Shown here piece after piece: positions 27,345 to 40,295 of a stretch of DNA of 64,000 nucleotides; position 1 is the stretch's first letter, and every line of letters starts with the position of its first letter. The stretch is from Octopus vulgaris. Lineage: Eukaryota. The position numbers and the translations under genes are program-made. The stretch lies in assembly GCA_951406725.2 (NCBI GenBank), contig OX597815.1, forward strand, positions 138,632,001 through 138,696,000. The letters are read 5' to 3'. Under the pieces are notes generated by a model. The model did no database searches. It was not told the DNA's origin and saw only the letters and a program-made list of their open reading frames with translations.

Positions 27345-28000
27345 TAAGTATATGTCCGGTCATAGAGTGACCAATGGTTTCGCATCCATGAAAGGCTTAG
27401 CCCGATAGACGACTCGTCAAACTCAAAACCGAAGGCCATATAGTTCTTCACACCTAGGAGGCAGTAATCCGTTACGGTTAGCAACTAAAAAATATATAGA
27501 GATATAGTCAGCGAGGACGGGTTACCTCTCTTAGACCAGTCCATGAGTGTCAAAAAGGGGAACGAGGAACTCCGTCCTTAGGTCGCTTTTAGCTCGTAAG
27601 GAACATATTGGGTCTAATCGACACCTGGACACCTTATATATATATGGTGGCTGCCCCCTCGTTATCGAGTATGGCCATTGCACGAAGCTTAATCAATGTT
27701 TTTATCGTGCAAAGTCTGTGCAAGAAGATTTTTTTTGTGAGGAAAGGCTGTGCACTGAGTCAATCCCACTCACTAAGCAACAGCAGCCATAATCCGAAAA
27801 GAAGAACAAGTCAACATCATCGGTAATCACTGAGCCGCAGGTCTTATGTCAGAGTTATCCCAGTTACCTGAGCTACATTCTCCTAACAAAGGATGCCCTA
27901 ACAAAGGATGCCCTAACAAAGGCTAGGAGTCCTTCACTCCCAATGGTTTAACCGCGCGATCGGGTATTCACTCCGATTATTTCTATGTCCCCGCGCATGA
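27345..28000. repeat. Unclassified GC-richer interspersed-repeat-like segment
   Basis: Compositional island with hairpin ttgcacga...tcgtgcaa and a 15-bp tandem (cctaacaaaggatgc) x ~2.7 at 27882-27922; no recognisable protein. Confidence 0.35.
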
Positions 28001-28914
28001 TACATACATGCATACACATATATATTGTGTACTTTGGTGGATGTCAGCAATCCGTTAGACTGCAGGGTATAAAACGGCGTATCGGTTCTGCAGCGAAGAC
28101 AATTAAATGCATAATGATTATAATTACAACATACATAGTGTTATTTCTGTATTTTCAAATTGTAACTTATAGATCTGTTCCTTTTATTGTGGTATAACAA
28201 TTCTAAATTTTATATGACATTTATGATCAACAAATATTGATATTTACATCAGATCATATGTTGAGGGGGAAAAAATTACAGTTCAAGCGACATATGGAAA
28301 CAGTTCTTCATATATTAATTATGAAATACTACCAGTGCAAGTTTAAATAAGTGTTGTGTGTGTGTGTGAGGGAGAGAGATAGATAGATAGAGAGAGAGAG
28401 GGATGGAGGGAGAGAGCAGAGTTTTATATCTGGAAATTAATACTAGATCATTTTGTATATCACGTGCATTGAGAAAATTCGTTTGTTTCCGAGTGTGTGC
28501 AGCTAAATGCTAATATCCGACGAATGGTGTGCAATCACATAAGCCGCCATTGGTTACAAAACTATTCTACAATAGTTCGTAGAGTACCACTACAATGTAT
28601 CGTGACTCTGATTTTAGCTGTGGTGGCTCGTGAAAGTAAATTGTAATAACCGTTCATATTTTCAATGACTATGGAAAGATCAAAATCGCTTAGTTCTCGC
28701 AAGTTAAACGTAAACGAGTTGTGTAGGTTCAAAGACACTGCAGTATTGTAATCTGCATGATCGTTCTAAATAGCTATGGTAAATTACTTTGCTCCACTGG
28801 TAACATTACTTCGGGCAGGTCAGTGTACAGAGGAGTAAAAAGACGCTACTCTGTAGAAAAAACCCAAAACTGCCAATGCAAGGCTCTGAGGAGACAATCA
28901 AAAGAAAAACAAAA

Positions 28915-29237
28915 TGGCACTCTGTCCGTTACAAAGACGTGGGTTCCATTTGAACCGGCCGACTGAACAGCTTTCTCGTAACATTAATGTGCAAGTGGCT
29001 GAGCACTCCACACACATGCGTACTCATAATGTAGTTCTGAGAGACTTCAGCATCGCACAGAATGTTACAAGGCTGACCATTTGAAATACAGGTACTACTT
29101 ATTTTCATCAACTAAGTAGACTGGCGCAACGTAAAATAAAGTGTCACAATAAAAGACACAACACGTTGGTAGGTACCGAACTCACAACCCATACGATCGT
29201 GAGCCGAATGCCCGAACCACGTAGCCACGCACCTTCA
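28915..29237 (-). mobile_element. tRNA-derived SINE family D (different head, tail type Y)
   Basis: Head gaaggtgcgtggctacgtggttcgggcattcggctcacgatcgt...gagttcggtacc. The 3' half (gtatttcaaa...ggagtgctcagccacttgcac...gtaacggacagagtgc) matches 24236-24415. Confidence 0.75.
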
Positions 29238-30754
29238 ACTGAAGAAATAAATTAGTTTGCAAAAAAGAGAAGAGCGAAGAGTCACTTTCTTTCATCATAT
29301 TATTCACTGAGAATAGCCTATTATCTGAGCCAGTTCATTGTTTGCATAATGATATTTTCGAAGCAGAATATTCAAATGCGGACCTGATAGTTTCGAATCC
29401 GCGTCATGAAATATTTTTGACAAGCGATATTAATTTACAAGATAATGATAGCCTTTTTAATGTGATAGAGAAAGAATTTCGCAATGTTATCAAGCGTTTG
29501 ATCTAATGCTGTATTTGCCAAATATGTCGATGGGAATTCGTATCGTCAGCAGGTCGTGAATGATGTATTTTCCCCTTTAATATAAGCGATTTTCTGCACG
29601 TCTAGCGAAGTGTTAGATAACCGCCACCCACCAACACCAAAATAAGCCCCAGAAAATTCGGTAATACAGAAGAAACGAATCAAAGAGACAAATCGACGTT
29701 AACATTGCTGATCAAAAAACAGAGTGCGTAAACAATGCATTTCAATTAGTAAATACAAAATATCACAGATTTACAAGTTAAAAAGTTGATCTATGATTAA
29801 AAAAGAAACCAACGAAGCGTTAAAAATGGTCGACACTCTAAACGAAATCAAACTATAGTTATAAGAAATTATCTTAGTAAATAACGAACCTGTTATTTCG
29901 CTGGCAACGAATTCAAGAATATTACCTTTACATGGAGGATACATTAGGCAAATTATTCCCGTGCAATCTTACTTTGTTCAAGCTCTATGTAAAGATAGAT
30001 TTTAAACTAATGTAAAGAAATAAAATACTCGTTAATAATGGAGAAAATAATTTATTCTAGTGAAAACATTAATTTTTTCAGATCATGCAATTTATAACTA
30101 GCCATTATCATCTGACATTGCTGCCCTTATTTACATGAAAGTCATAAATGAATACTACTTAGAAACAGACTCACTTATACACAAATACATATACATAAGT
30201 GCGCGCGTGTACGAGTATATAGTAGTACATTTAAATGTGTGTGTATGTGTGTGCGTGTGTACACACGTGTGCGTATGACTGTGTGTGTGTGTGTATTTAA
30301 GTTTGTCCAATATTATATTTTAGAAGTTTAGTATTTTTACGTAAGAATTCGAATTTATTCCTTACTAAATATATAAACTTGCTTTCCAGCTGCGATACAA
30401 TATGCATTTATAAATATAATTAAAATTAAATCATTTAAGTCAGATATTTTGAATGTAATTGTGAAAATTATTTGTAGTAATACCTTTAAATCGTTACCCT
30501 GATTTCCACTTTCCTCTCTCTGCATATATAAAGACATATTCACTCCATATTGTAATTTAAAAGTATATATGCATGTGCATATGAATGTAAATTTGTATAC
30601 ATGTATGTACCTACATATGTATGTCATTATTAAGTTTACTTCAAGATTTCTTGCCAAAAGAGAAATAACCTTTTCAAGGTTCCTTCATTGGTATTTCAAC
30701 ATCAACAACATGGTATTATGCATGTGTGTGTGTGAGTATGTGTATGTATGTATG

Positions 30755-30785
<31 letters not shown>

Positions 30786-30869
30786 GTGCAGATTTGTATG
30801 TTTTATGTATGTATTCACATGCATATAGTTCCATATCTAGACATGATCATATATAATATAATGATAAAC

Positions 30870-31672
30870 TGGATTTACAGATTTTACAGTGCCAGTGATG
30901 GATTGTATCTGTAGTCTTCGAATTAGTTTTCATCTTTCTAGTTCCGAGAAGCTTAATTATCAATATTGGTATTTAGGTAGTGTGTTACATATCCCAGGGC
31001 CCCAATAATTACAGATATAAACCGAATCTTGTAATCTGGATAGAGAGACTTCAGATTTCTCAATAGTTCAGCGTAGGTGTTCTCTTTTTCACTGATCCTT
31101 AGCTTTATGTTAACATCTGCTGGGCAGCTAATTTCTACAACAGTGCACAATTTCTCTTCTCTATCCCAAATCTTTATATCAGGTCTGTTGTGTTTTGATT
31201 TTATTGAAGTCTTCACTGGTACATTCCACCAGTATACCTTTTTATCTTGAGTGGCTATGGCTTGTACCATATTATACGTTCTTATTTCGTTGTCCTCAGG
31301 ATTATATTTCCGACGGATTTCATTATAGAATGTCCTAGCTACAACATCATGTCTCATCGGTTGATAAACCGTGATGACATTTTCGGACAACTGCTTATGG
31401 TGTGGGTGATATCTTCAGTGTGAACTCCACAAAGTGCATCAGTTGTCACATTTTACCACTTTTCCTGACTATTTATCCCTTTTGTGCATCAGGTACTTGG
31501 TTGACATTTCCTATTCCTGGATTGTTAACGATACCTTTCAAAGAAGAAGGTAGTAATCCGGCTATTCGTCCATGATAAACTGCTTTGATGATTGATGTTA
31601 CTGTCATTACGGAGCTTTCTACCGACATATCCATGCATAGTCTTCTGCTCATATAGGCTCATCCTTTTAATC
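30870..31672 (-). pseudogene. R4/Dong-clade non-LTR retrotransposon 3' fragment (CCHC plus restriction-like endonuclease)
   Basis: KTMHG..SLSW, then C..CGVHTEDITHTISSC, RHDVVAR, HNRPDIKIWD..CTVVEISCP..KENTY..IIGALG (PD-(D/E)xK). Confidence 0.85.
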
Positions 31673-31735
31673 TGATGATACGTTGTGGTGATGATACGTT
31701 GTATGTATGAATGCAGGTATGCCCCTATCTATCTG

Positions 31736-31836
<101 letters not shown>

Positions 31837-32049
31837 GTGTATGCAAACACATACGGACAATGATCCCTCTTGATTCCAATTTCAGTCAATCAGAAAAGTC
31901 CCTAACTTACAAACATACTTTCAAAAACTAAGGAAAAGGAGAATTAGTAAAATAAATCTGAGAGTTGAAAAGCTATTTGAGCATATTCACTTATATATAG
32001 TACCTTTTCTTTGTAAGTAGTTCTCATATGGAAGTCAGGCTGATTCCAC

Positions 32050-32560
32050 CGCCATTGTAATCACCTTTTAATTGACCAATTCCATGAGTTAAGCTTCTGG
32101 TGAAGGATGAAGTTCGAAATCGGTGTCCTCTTTTGATATTGGTTCATGTAGGATCATGGATAGTAAAATGTCAAGTTGCTTCTTGAAAACATCTACTCCC
32201 ACTCCAAGGAGATTCCTCAGATGTTTTGGCAAGGAGTTAGATAGCTGTGGGCCCTTGAATCCCAAGCTATTGCAATACATGGTCCTCGCCATAGATGAGA
32301 CAGCTGGGACTTTTGGAACAGTGCAGTGACGTCCATTTCGAGGTCTGGTGTAACACTCAACTCCAAAGTTTAGTACCAGCCCCTGCAGTATCTTTTATAC
32401 ATATATCACGCGTACCTCTCCCGTCTTCGCTCCAGGGAGTAGAATCGTACTTCTTTCAGTCTCTCCCAGTAGTTCAGTTGTTACATTGATGCAATCTTCC
32501 TCGTGTAGTATCTCTGACCGCCTCACATTCTGCTATTAATCCTACAGTGTCGGATGACCA
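32050..32560 (-). pseudogene. CR1-clade LINE 3' fragment
   Basis: NYWERLKEVRFYSLERRRERY...NSLGFKGPQLSNSLPKHLRN...VDVFKKQLD. Confidence 0.8.
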
Positions 32561-32593
32561 TAGTGTGCGTATATATATATATATATATATATA

Positions 32594-33411
32594 TACGTTT
32601 AAATATTTGTTGTGCAAGATTTTTTATGTGAAGTCGTGTGTTGAAACAGATATTGTTATATTTCGGAATGGTCATATTGCCAGTTTAGCCAATAAAAACA
32701 CACGCACTATATATTTGGTGTTATTTTGCTTCAGTGATATTTATTTTTTACATTAATCTTAATCTTATTTCGGCCAAAGTTCTTTCGTCACACTCCTGTG
32801 ACCGCATCAGTGGTCCTTTGTTTTCTTCTCACTTACTTGTGTCTCTCCTTACTAACCGTCAGCCATTTTGTATTTCTATTGTATGTCTTCATTTGCGCAT
32901 GCTTATATCTCTATGTGCGTCTATGTTTATTTAGTGTGTGGGGGGATGTCTGTAATATTTGTATCTTCTGGTTATATACATTCTTGTAATTTGTATTTTG
33001 TTTTTGTTGTTGTTGCTTTTGTTCTAATTTTGTTCATGTGTTTACATCCACCCATTATTTTCATTACATATGCTAGTATGTATGTATAACAACAATATTA
33101 GTAATAATAATAATAAATCTAATCGAGAAAAAAAAAAAAAAAAAAAAAAAGAATATACATATACATATATATATATATATATATACATACACATACATAT
33201 ACATATATATATACATATATACACACATATATACACATATACATATACATATATATACACATATACATACACATAGATATTCATTTCTATTTCTTTAATT
33301 ACCTGTGTATTTATTATGTTTGCAGGATCCACTATTGTCATATGTTGTGGTGTGCGCTATTGCTCCATTCTAGTTTTCTATTCAGGCTAGGTTTATTTTC
33401 TATTATATGTG
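32594..33411 (-). repeat. PLE pseudo-LTR copy 1 (ORF end, 3' UTR, ORF start)
   Basis: Differs from 35365-36190 only in homopolymer/microsatellite lengths as far as I can see. Confidence 0.92.
32774..32813 (-). ncRNA. HHR-like motif in pLTR (CUGAUGC core variant); second copy at 35545-35584
   Basis: CCA-CUGAUGC-G-GUCAC(aggagu)GUGAC-GAAA-GAAC-UU-UGG. Confidence 0.6.
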
Positions 33412-35446
33412 CCGGGATATCATTGTTCCAGGCTTGGAAATTCTTTGCAGTACGTTTCTGAGGTCCCAGAACCATTGTCCACATCATCATGTGGGCATTG
33501 AGGACCTTTTCTCTCTCCTCATGCGCCTGTACAGTTGTTACTTTTGTATTGGCGATATGAGGTTGCATTGCCTGGATGTAGTTCGGTAAGCTGTCTATTG
33601 ACATCCTGCCTGACTTATCCGTGGGAAGGCATATCACCTCTCCGTTCCTCGTGCGCTGAATGAGCTTCTGTAGGCCACATGCAGGTTTAATCCCTAGTTG
33701 TTGGGCATCTGTCTTATTCTGTCTCTGTCTCTTAATGTATAAACCTAAAATCTGTCTAAGTTTGGTCCTAGCTATAGTGAACTGTGCTTCCATGTGGTCA
33801 TTAGTACGTCTTGGGATGTATACCCTTTTGTTGAAGGGTAATGTTGTTGGATAAATTCGGTTCATGCAGTAAGTTTTGTCGCATACGTTGAAGAATTGAG
33901 TGTCAAAGGGATGGGTATACATGTCAATGGTCTCTCTAGGGTTATCTTCATTATCGTTACTGTTTCCAACATCAGCCTTCCTATTATTATTATCACCATT
34001 ACCACTACTACTACTACTACTAGTATTCCTATTACCACCACAACTATCACTACTATCCTCATTACTACTTCTACTGTTACCATCACCACTACTACTACCA
34101 CTATTATTGTTATTACCTTTATTCCTACCATTGCCATTATTACTATCATCGCTAGTGATATATTCATTGTTCCTGTTTCTGGTGTATGTGTTGTTTATAT
34201 TAGTGTTGGGTTTTATGTCTGTCTGTTGGTCCCTGTCAATCCCCTTGTTGCGGTCGTTATTTTTGTTCCTATGAATATTGTTATCTGTTTCAAGTCCGCT
34301 GACTCCCTGTCCAAGGATCCTGTTGCATTCAACTTTATTCTCCATCGTGACCCCTATGACACAACTTTTATTCGTGTTTTTGTGACTATGGCTATCTGTG
34401 TGTGTGTTTGTGTGTCGGTTCTCCCTATAATTGTTGTTGTTGTTGCTGTTGTATACGATTTTTCTCTCTCTGTTTGTGTTTTTGTTTTTGTATCTATTGT
34501 TTGTGTCTATGCATACATTTTTTCTATTGTTATTGTTGTTGTCGCTGTTAGGGTTCGTGTTGTTGTTGTTGTTGCCGCTGTTAGGGTTCGTGTTGCTTTT
34601 GTTGCTACGGTTGTTATTGTTGCGGTCATTATTGTTTGTGTTGTTGTTGCTGCGGTTAGTGTTTTTCGCGTTGTTGTTGTTGTCGCAAGTGTTGTTGTCA
34701 TAGTATCTATTTAAATTCCAACGTATTTTTGTGAACGACTTTTCAATCTCGGACAGGCATTTGATGGTATTCACTTTACTATACACTGCATACTTTGGTG
34801 GTAGTTGAAGTATCGATATTTCATCTGGGTCCGTTGTTACTCCCCCATAGATGTTCGCTTCATTGTCTTTATTGAACTCTTCTGGTAGTAGCACATCTTC
34901 CATAATAATTCCATTTATTGTATCTGGATACTTCTGCTTTTCTTCCTTTGCGAGCTCATATTGACGTTTCTGTTTCAACCACGATAACTTCCTCTTAAAA
35001 TGGATATTGCATTGGTGTATTACATGTCTGTTTTCTTCATATATTATATCCATTATTAAGGTTTTCTCCTTTCGTGTGGTGATACTTTTAATTTCTTTTA
35101 AAAATATACGTTTACGCTTCTCTTGTTCGCTCAGCTCTCTGTATATTCTATTTCTAATATTTACCATTAGCGTCCTTTTTAGTCTTTCCGCTTGTCCGTT
35201 AGTGAGGTCAAGCCGTTTAACGTTGGCTGTGACCTTGTTGATACATATCCTGGACGAGACACATTGTTTTATAAAACGAAGCTGTTGCGTTGTCACAGTT
35301 TTCTTTAGGCAACAAAATATAGTGTTCTTCAGCATCTTGCAAGCCTGGCTGTGGCTCACGTTAGTACGTTTAAATATTTGTTGTGCAAGATTTTTTATGT
35401 GAAGTCGTGTGTTGAAACAGATATTGTTATATTTCGGAATGGTCAT
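33338..35446 (-). CDS. PLE ORF N-terminal half (702 aa) fused in frame to the last ~23 aa of the GIY-YIG domain
   Basis: PLE N-terminal motifs ([18 protein letters not shown]), a long Asn/Ser-rich insert, and a C-terminus [23 protein letters not shown] identical to that of 36117-37175. Confidence 0.8.
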   Translation of the reverse strand: MTIPKYNNICFNTRLHIKNLAQQIFKRTNVSHSQACKMLKNTIFCCLKKTVTTQQLRFIKQCVSSRICINKVTANVKRLDLTNGQAERLKRTLMVNIRNRIYRELSEQEKRKRIFLKEIKSITTRKEKTLIMDIIYEENRHVIHQCNIHFKRKLSWLKQKRQYELAKEEKQKYPDTINGIIMEDVLLPEEFNKDNEANIYGGVTTDPDEISILQLPPKYAVYSKVNTIKCLSEIEKSFTKIRWNLNRYYDNNTCDNNNNAKNTNRSNNNTNNNDRNNNNRSNKSNTNPNSGNNNNNTNPNSDNNNNNRKNVCIDTNNRYKNKNTNRERKIVYNSNNNNNYRENRHTNTHTDSHSHKNTNKSCVIGVTMENKVECNRILGQGVSGLETDNNIHRNKNNDRNKGIDRDQQTDIKPNTNINNTYTRNRNNEYITSDDSNNGNGRNKGNNNNSGSSSGDGNSRSSNEDSSDSCGGNRNTSSSSSSGNGDNNNRKADVGNSNDNEDNPRETIDMYTHPFDTQFFNVCDKTYCMNRIYPTTLPFNKRVYIPRRTNDHMEAQFTIARTKLRQILGLYIKRQRQNKTDAQQLGIKPACGLQKLIQRTRNGEVICLPTDKSGRMSIDSLPNYIQAMQPHIANTKVTTVQAHEEREKVLNAHMMMWTMVLGPQKRTAKNFQAWNNDIPAHIIENKPSLNRKLEWSNSAHHNI

Positions 35447-36190
35447 ATTGCCAGTTTAGCCAATAAAAACACACGCACTATATATTTGGTGTTATTTTGC
35501 TTCAGTGATATTTATTTTTTACATTAATCTTAATCTTATTTCGGCCAAAGTTCTTTCGTCACACTCCTGTGACCGCATCAGTGGTCCTTTGTTTTCTTCT
35601 CACTTACTTGTGTCTCTCCTTACTAACCGTCAGCCATTTTGTATTTCTATTGTATGTCTTCATTTGCGCATGCTTATATCTCTATGTGCGTCTATGTTTA
35701 TTTAGTGTGTGGGGGGGGATGTCTGTAATATTTGTATCTTCTGGTTATATACATTCTTGTAATTTGTATTTTGTTTTTGTTGTTGTTGCTTTTGTTCTAA
35801 TTTTGTTCATGTGTTTACATCCACCCATTATTTTCATTACATATGCTAGTATGTATGTATAACAACAATATTAGTAATAATAATAATAAATCTAATCGAG
35901 AAAAAAAAAAAAAAAAAAAAAAAAAAAGAATATACATATACATATATATATATATATATATACATACACATACATATACATATATATATATACATATATA
36001 CACACATATATACACATATACATATACATATATATACACATATACATACACATAGATATTCATTTCTATTTCTTTAATTACCTGTGTATTTATTATGTTT
36101 GCAGGATCCACTATTGTCATATGTTGTGGTGTGCGCTATTGCTCCATTCTAGTTTTCTATTCAGGCTAGGTTTATTTTCTATTATATGTG
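35365..36190 (-). repeat. PLE pseudo-LTR copy 2
   Basis: Direct repeat of 32594-33411; contains the ATG at 35446. Confidence 0.92.
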
Positions 36191-37538
36191 TAGCTTCTGT
36201 AATTTGTCTAATTGTTGCATCTGTTCTATGTGTGGACAATATCTTAATCTCTATGTTATTGATTGATCCCCCGTGTTCTTGTTCGGCGTGTTGGTACAGA
36301 ATCGATGAGCTTTTACCTTCCTTGAGTTGTCTCCAATGTTCATTCACCCGCTCACCAATGCTTCTTGCAGTTTCCCCTACGTATGTTACTGTCTTGTTAC
36401 TGCATCGTCCCTCTATACATCTTATACTATAGACCACATTTCTGGCTTTACAGTTCGTTTGTGGGCTAAATCTACATACAGTGCAATAGTTATCCGTACA
36501 GAGAGTTCTACTAAAAGGATAGGTTCTACCAATTATAGATCTGATAGGGTTGCCTGGCTTTTCAACAACCTTAATTCTTAGTTTAAGTTTATCTAGGGTC
36601 CTTCTAAAGCGGTACGCTAGTTCACCTCCAGGGGTGGTGTCAACGAACATGACACTCTGGTATTTATGGCTATCATACCAAGAGTTGGCCTTCCTTATTT
36701 TCTTTTTTGTCCTTTCTATAGTGTTCCATGACTTGTTCCTATAGAGTGGGCAAATCCCATTCCTATCATTACATAATATATTATCAAATTTCTTCATGGC
36801 TCCTTTGTATACTCTGATCCTTTCTTTATGGCTGTAACCTGAGAACTGCATGCGGTGAATGAAATACTGTATGTGTCTCTTTAATTCTGTAGGCTCGCAC
36901 ATGCGTGACACATTTCTCATTATTCTGACGAGGTCTGCCATCAAAATATTGAATTTGGCATTGCCCGCAATGGCTGAGTTCCGGTGGATCAGGTATTTTG
37001 AGGCCATAGGTTTTGCATAGTATGAATGAAGGATTTGGGTTTTATTTTTCACAATTTCTAGCCAGAGTTCAGTGTCTAGTACTGGTAGTCTATGGTTGGG
37101 GTGTTTAGTGGGGTAGTCTATTGTGACCTTAATACTCTGGTGGATGGAGTTAGCTATTTGCTGGATGCTCTCCATAGTATTAGTTTCTATTACTATATCA
37201 ACCGTACTCTCTTGTGGGGTGCCTTTACTACTATATTGATATCATCAACATAGCGAGAGTACATGTTTACGAGTATGGATTTCTGCAGTAGGCATTCTTT
37301 AAGCCTTCTGTCCCACCATACCATGAAGAGGTTGGCCACATCACCAGCGATACTAACACCGATGGCTGCCCCCTCGTCCTGGGCATATATTTTATTATTA
37401 AATTTAAATGTGTGGCCTTTTAGGGTAACTCTTATACTAGCTCCTAGTGCATGTGCGATCATTTTCTTTACCTGATGGACATTTGCGGGGCTCCGTATGG
37501 CTCTGGTCCATCCGCGCCATCTTTCTATATGTGTCTTC
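36117..37538 (-). CDS. PLE reverse transcriptase (palm/thumb) plus GIY-YIG endonuclease, 5'-truncated, one frameshift near 37216-37219
   Basis: [10 protein letters not shown]...YSRYVDD; [13 protein letters not shown]; C..C..C linker; NVVYSIRC...C...[16 protein letters not shown]...H...E...PSLN. Confidence 0.9.
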
Positions 37539-37569
37539 CTAAACTGGCAATATGACCATTCCGAAATAT

Positions 37570-37609
<40 letters not shown>

Positions 37610-37612
<3 letters not shown>

Positions 37613-37839
37613 CGAGTTACGTGGACCGTGCATCTACTATCTCTTCCCACACCCACCCCGCCGTTACCCGTGTTCCGTTTTCCTCACCTACGACCCCTTC
37701 ACCCTCCAATGCACCATTCTCCGAGCCTTCCGGTGACTCCAGTCCGACCCTTCCACTTCGCCCATCTTCTTCAGCCTACCTCTCCCCTCCTTCAAACGAG
37801 CGCACAACATACATGACTTCCTAATCCCACCTGGTTCGT
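37610..37839 (+). pseudogene. Neptune-like PLE RT-EN linker fragment
   Basis: RVPF.LTYDP....ILRAFR*LQSDPSTSPIF..LPLPSFKRAHNIHDFL resembles the PLxLTYHP...LQxDP...F..PP..FRRxxNLRDxL linker. Abuts (TA)n and the gap. Confidence 0.65.
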
Positions 37840-37939
37840 NNNNNNNNNNNNNNNNNNNNNNNNNNNNNNNNNNNNNNNNNNNNNNNNNNNNNNNNNNNNN
37901 NNNNNNNNNNNNNNNNNNNNNNNNNNNNNNNNNNNNNNN
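37840..37939. other. Assembly gap (100 N)
   Basis: Run of N. Confidence 1.
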
Positions 37940-38070
37940 TAGTCGAAGAAATGGACCTCAGGACTTATTCTTTGTAAGCCTGGCACTTATTCTATAGGTT
38001 TCTTTTGCCAAACCGTTAACTTACCTAAACACAGCAACATCGGTTGTCAAGCGATGGGGGGAGGGGCACA
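37940..38070 (-). mobile_element. SINE family C internal/3' fragment
   Basis: Homologous to 25535-25660 (agtcgaa...acttattctttgtaag...gttgtcaagcgatgg). Confidence 0.65.
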
Positions 38071-38107
38071 GACACATACACACACACACATATATATATA
38101 TGTATAT

Positions 38108-38313
38108 AGGGAGAGTTCACGAAAAGAAAAATACAAAAGACGAAGACAGGTGGTGTAGAAAACAAACAGATTTATTAGTATAACGCTCAGGAATTGATAA
38201 AGTCTTTTACGTTTCGAGCCTACGCTCTTCTAAAGAAAGAAGCACAGAAAGAAACAATGAGCGAAACAAGTAGAGAAAAAATGTGTGTAGTGGCTACCGA
38301 CCCATCATAGCGA
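38108..38313 (-). mobile_element. PLE terminal-repeat fragment with HHR-like motif at 38203-38240
   Basis: UCUUU-CUUUAGA-A-GAGCguagGCUC-GAAA-CG-UA-AAAGA, between (TA)n tracts. Confidence 0.65.
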
Positions 38314-38615
38314 CATATATATATATATATATAAAAAAAATATATATATATATATGCATGTATATGTACACTACTTCTATTTATTCAATTACTATGTCGT
38401 AGTTATTAAATTCTTTCTACTAGACCTACTACCCATATAAACTTAGGTTCCTGCCTGCCGAAGCTGACACTTCGGAACCACTCCTAACATTTTCCTTGTT
38501 AAATAGAGATATAGAACTCCATCTATACGTAGTGTGTGCTATTGAGTTTATATTTGATCTAGTTTATTCATAATTATGCGTAAAACACGCACATAATTTT
38601 ATACAGTTGTATACC

Positions 38616-38687
<72 letters not shown>

Positions 38688-38815
38688 CGTGTATATATAT
38701 ATATATATATTCATATATATATATATATAATATATGTGTTTGTGTGTGTCTATGTACAAACACACACAGATATATATATATATATATATAAAATACATAC
38801 AGATATATTCCTATA

Positions 38816-38924
<109 letters not shown>

Positions 38925-39868
38925 ATATGTATATATATATATATATATATATACGCGTGTGTGTGTATATACATTGTATATACATGCACAAATACACACG
39001 CACACACACACTCATATACACAAATACAGGGCCAGAAATGGATAAATAATTTATCAATAATGTTGTTATCAATGTATTTTGCTGTATTTGTTATTGACCA
39101 TTTCATTTGAAAATATATATTTTTTTCTTTTGAACTTTTCCAAATAGTCCCTATTGGTAAAGGTAAGTTAGAAACGACTTTTGTAGGCGAATAATATTTT
39201 CTATTCAGTAAATATTTGAAAATAAGTTTCTTTTTTTTACTCATTTTCTTTCATGTTAGATTTTTCATAGTTGCGGTCTCTGTAATATTAGTATCAAAAG
39301 ATGTTTCTTGTATCTCTTAATAAGATATAAACTTAGTAATATTTTCTCAAAAATTCTCTATAAAATATCGTTGTTAATGCTTGTTTCTTTACATTATTCA
39401 TCTACTACCGCAGAATGTATTTCTTCAAACGTTAACAAGTATTCTCTGTTGTTGCACTTGTGGGAAATTTTCTAACTATAAGCGCTTTTTTTTCATAACT
39501 TACAATTGATATATTTATGGACGGTATTAAAGAAAAGCTGCGATAGATTTTTCCCAGATTCATATTTATAGACGTTCTCAAGATTTAAGTTCAAATAACA
39601 TTTCTTTCGGGTAATTGTACTGCTAAATAAATTTTCTCGGCGGGGACGCTATGTTGCAACAAACAGAATTTTATCATGTAGTTATTACAGTAGGAATCAT
39701 TCGTAGCCAATCCTAAACTGACATCCAAGTGTTATGACTTACATTATTTCCTTGTATATTACTCTGGCTATAATTCGAGTTCAAGTTCCGGCGAACGGGG
39801 CTTTGTCTACTATCAATCTGATTTCAATAAAACATAGGAGTCGATGTAACATGGCCACAGTATAAGAA

Positions 39869-39940
<72 letters not shown>

Positions 39941-39942
<2 letters not shown>

Positions 39943-40233
39943 TCGTCGTCGTTGTTCAACGTCCGCTTTCCATGCTAGCATGGGGTTGGACGATTTGACT
40001 GAGGACTGGCGAACCAGATGGCTGTACCAGGCTCCAATTTAATCTGGTTTCTATAGTTTCTACAGCTGGATACCCTTCCCAACGCCAACCGCTCCGAGAG
40101 TATAGTGGGTGCTTTTACATGCCACCGGCATGAGGGCCGGTCAGGCGGTACTGGCAACAGCCACGTTCAAGTGGTGTTTTTTACGTCCCACTTGCACAGG
40201 AACTAGTCCAGCGGCACTGGCAACGACGTCGCT
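39941..40233 (-). mobile_element. SINE/RTE-tail-like interspersed repeat fragment
   Basis: ggatacccttcccaacgccaacc and aacgtccgctttccatgctagcatgg next to a degenerate (CAT/CGT)n tail, with an internal duplicated ttttac.tgccac..gcactggcaac block. Confidence 0.55.
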
Positions 40234-40295
40234 TATATATATACACACATATATATATAATATATGTATATATATATATATATATAAGTATGATT

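Larger units (their letters stand above)
32594..37577 (-). mobile_element. Young Penelope-like element, partial tandem with pseudo-LTRs and 5' inversion (possibly Nematis-like clade)
   Basis: RT (YVDD) plus C-terminal GIY-YIG. ~820-bp direct repeats at 32594-33411 and 35365-36190, a 39-nt inverted pLTR piece at 37539-37577, and both ends in (TA)n. Confidence 0.92.

Noticed and set aside
33862-34714. Antisense and alternative-frame hydrophobic ORFs over the PLE
   Set aside because: Shadows of the low-complexity Asn/Ser insert.
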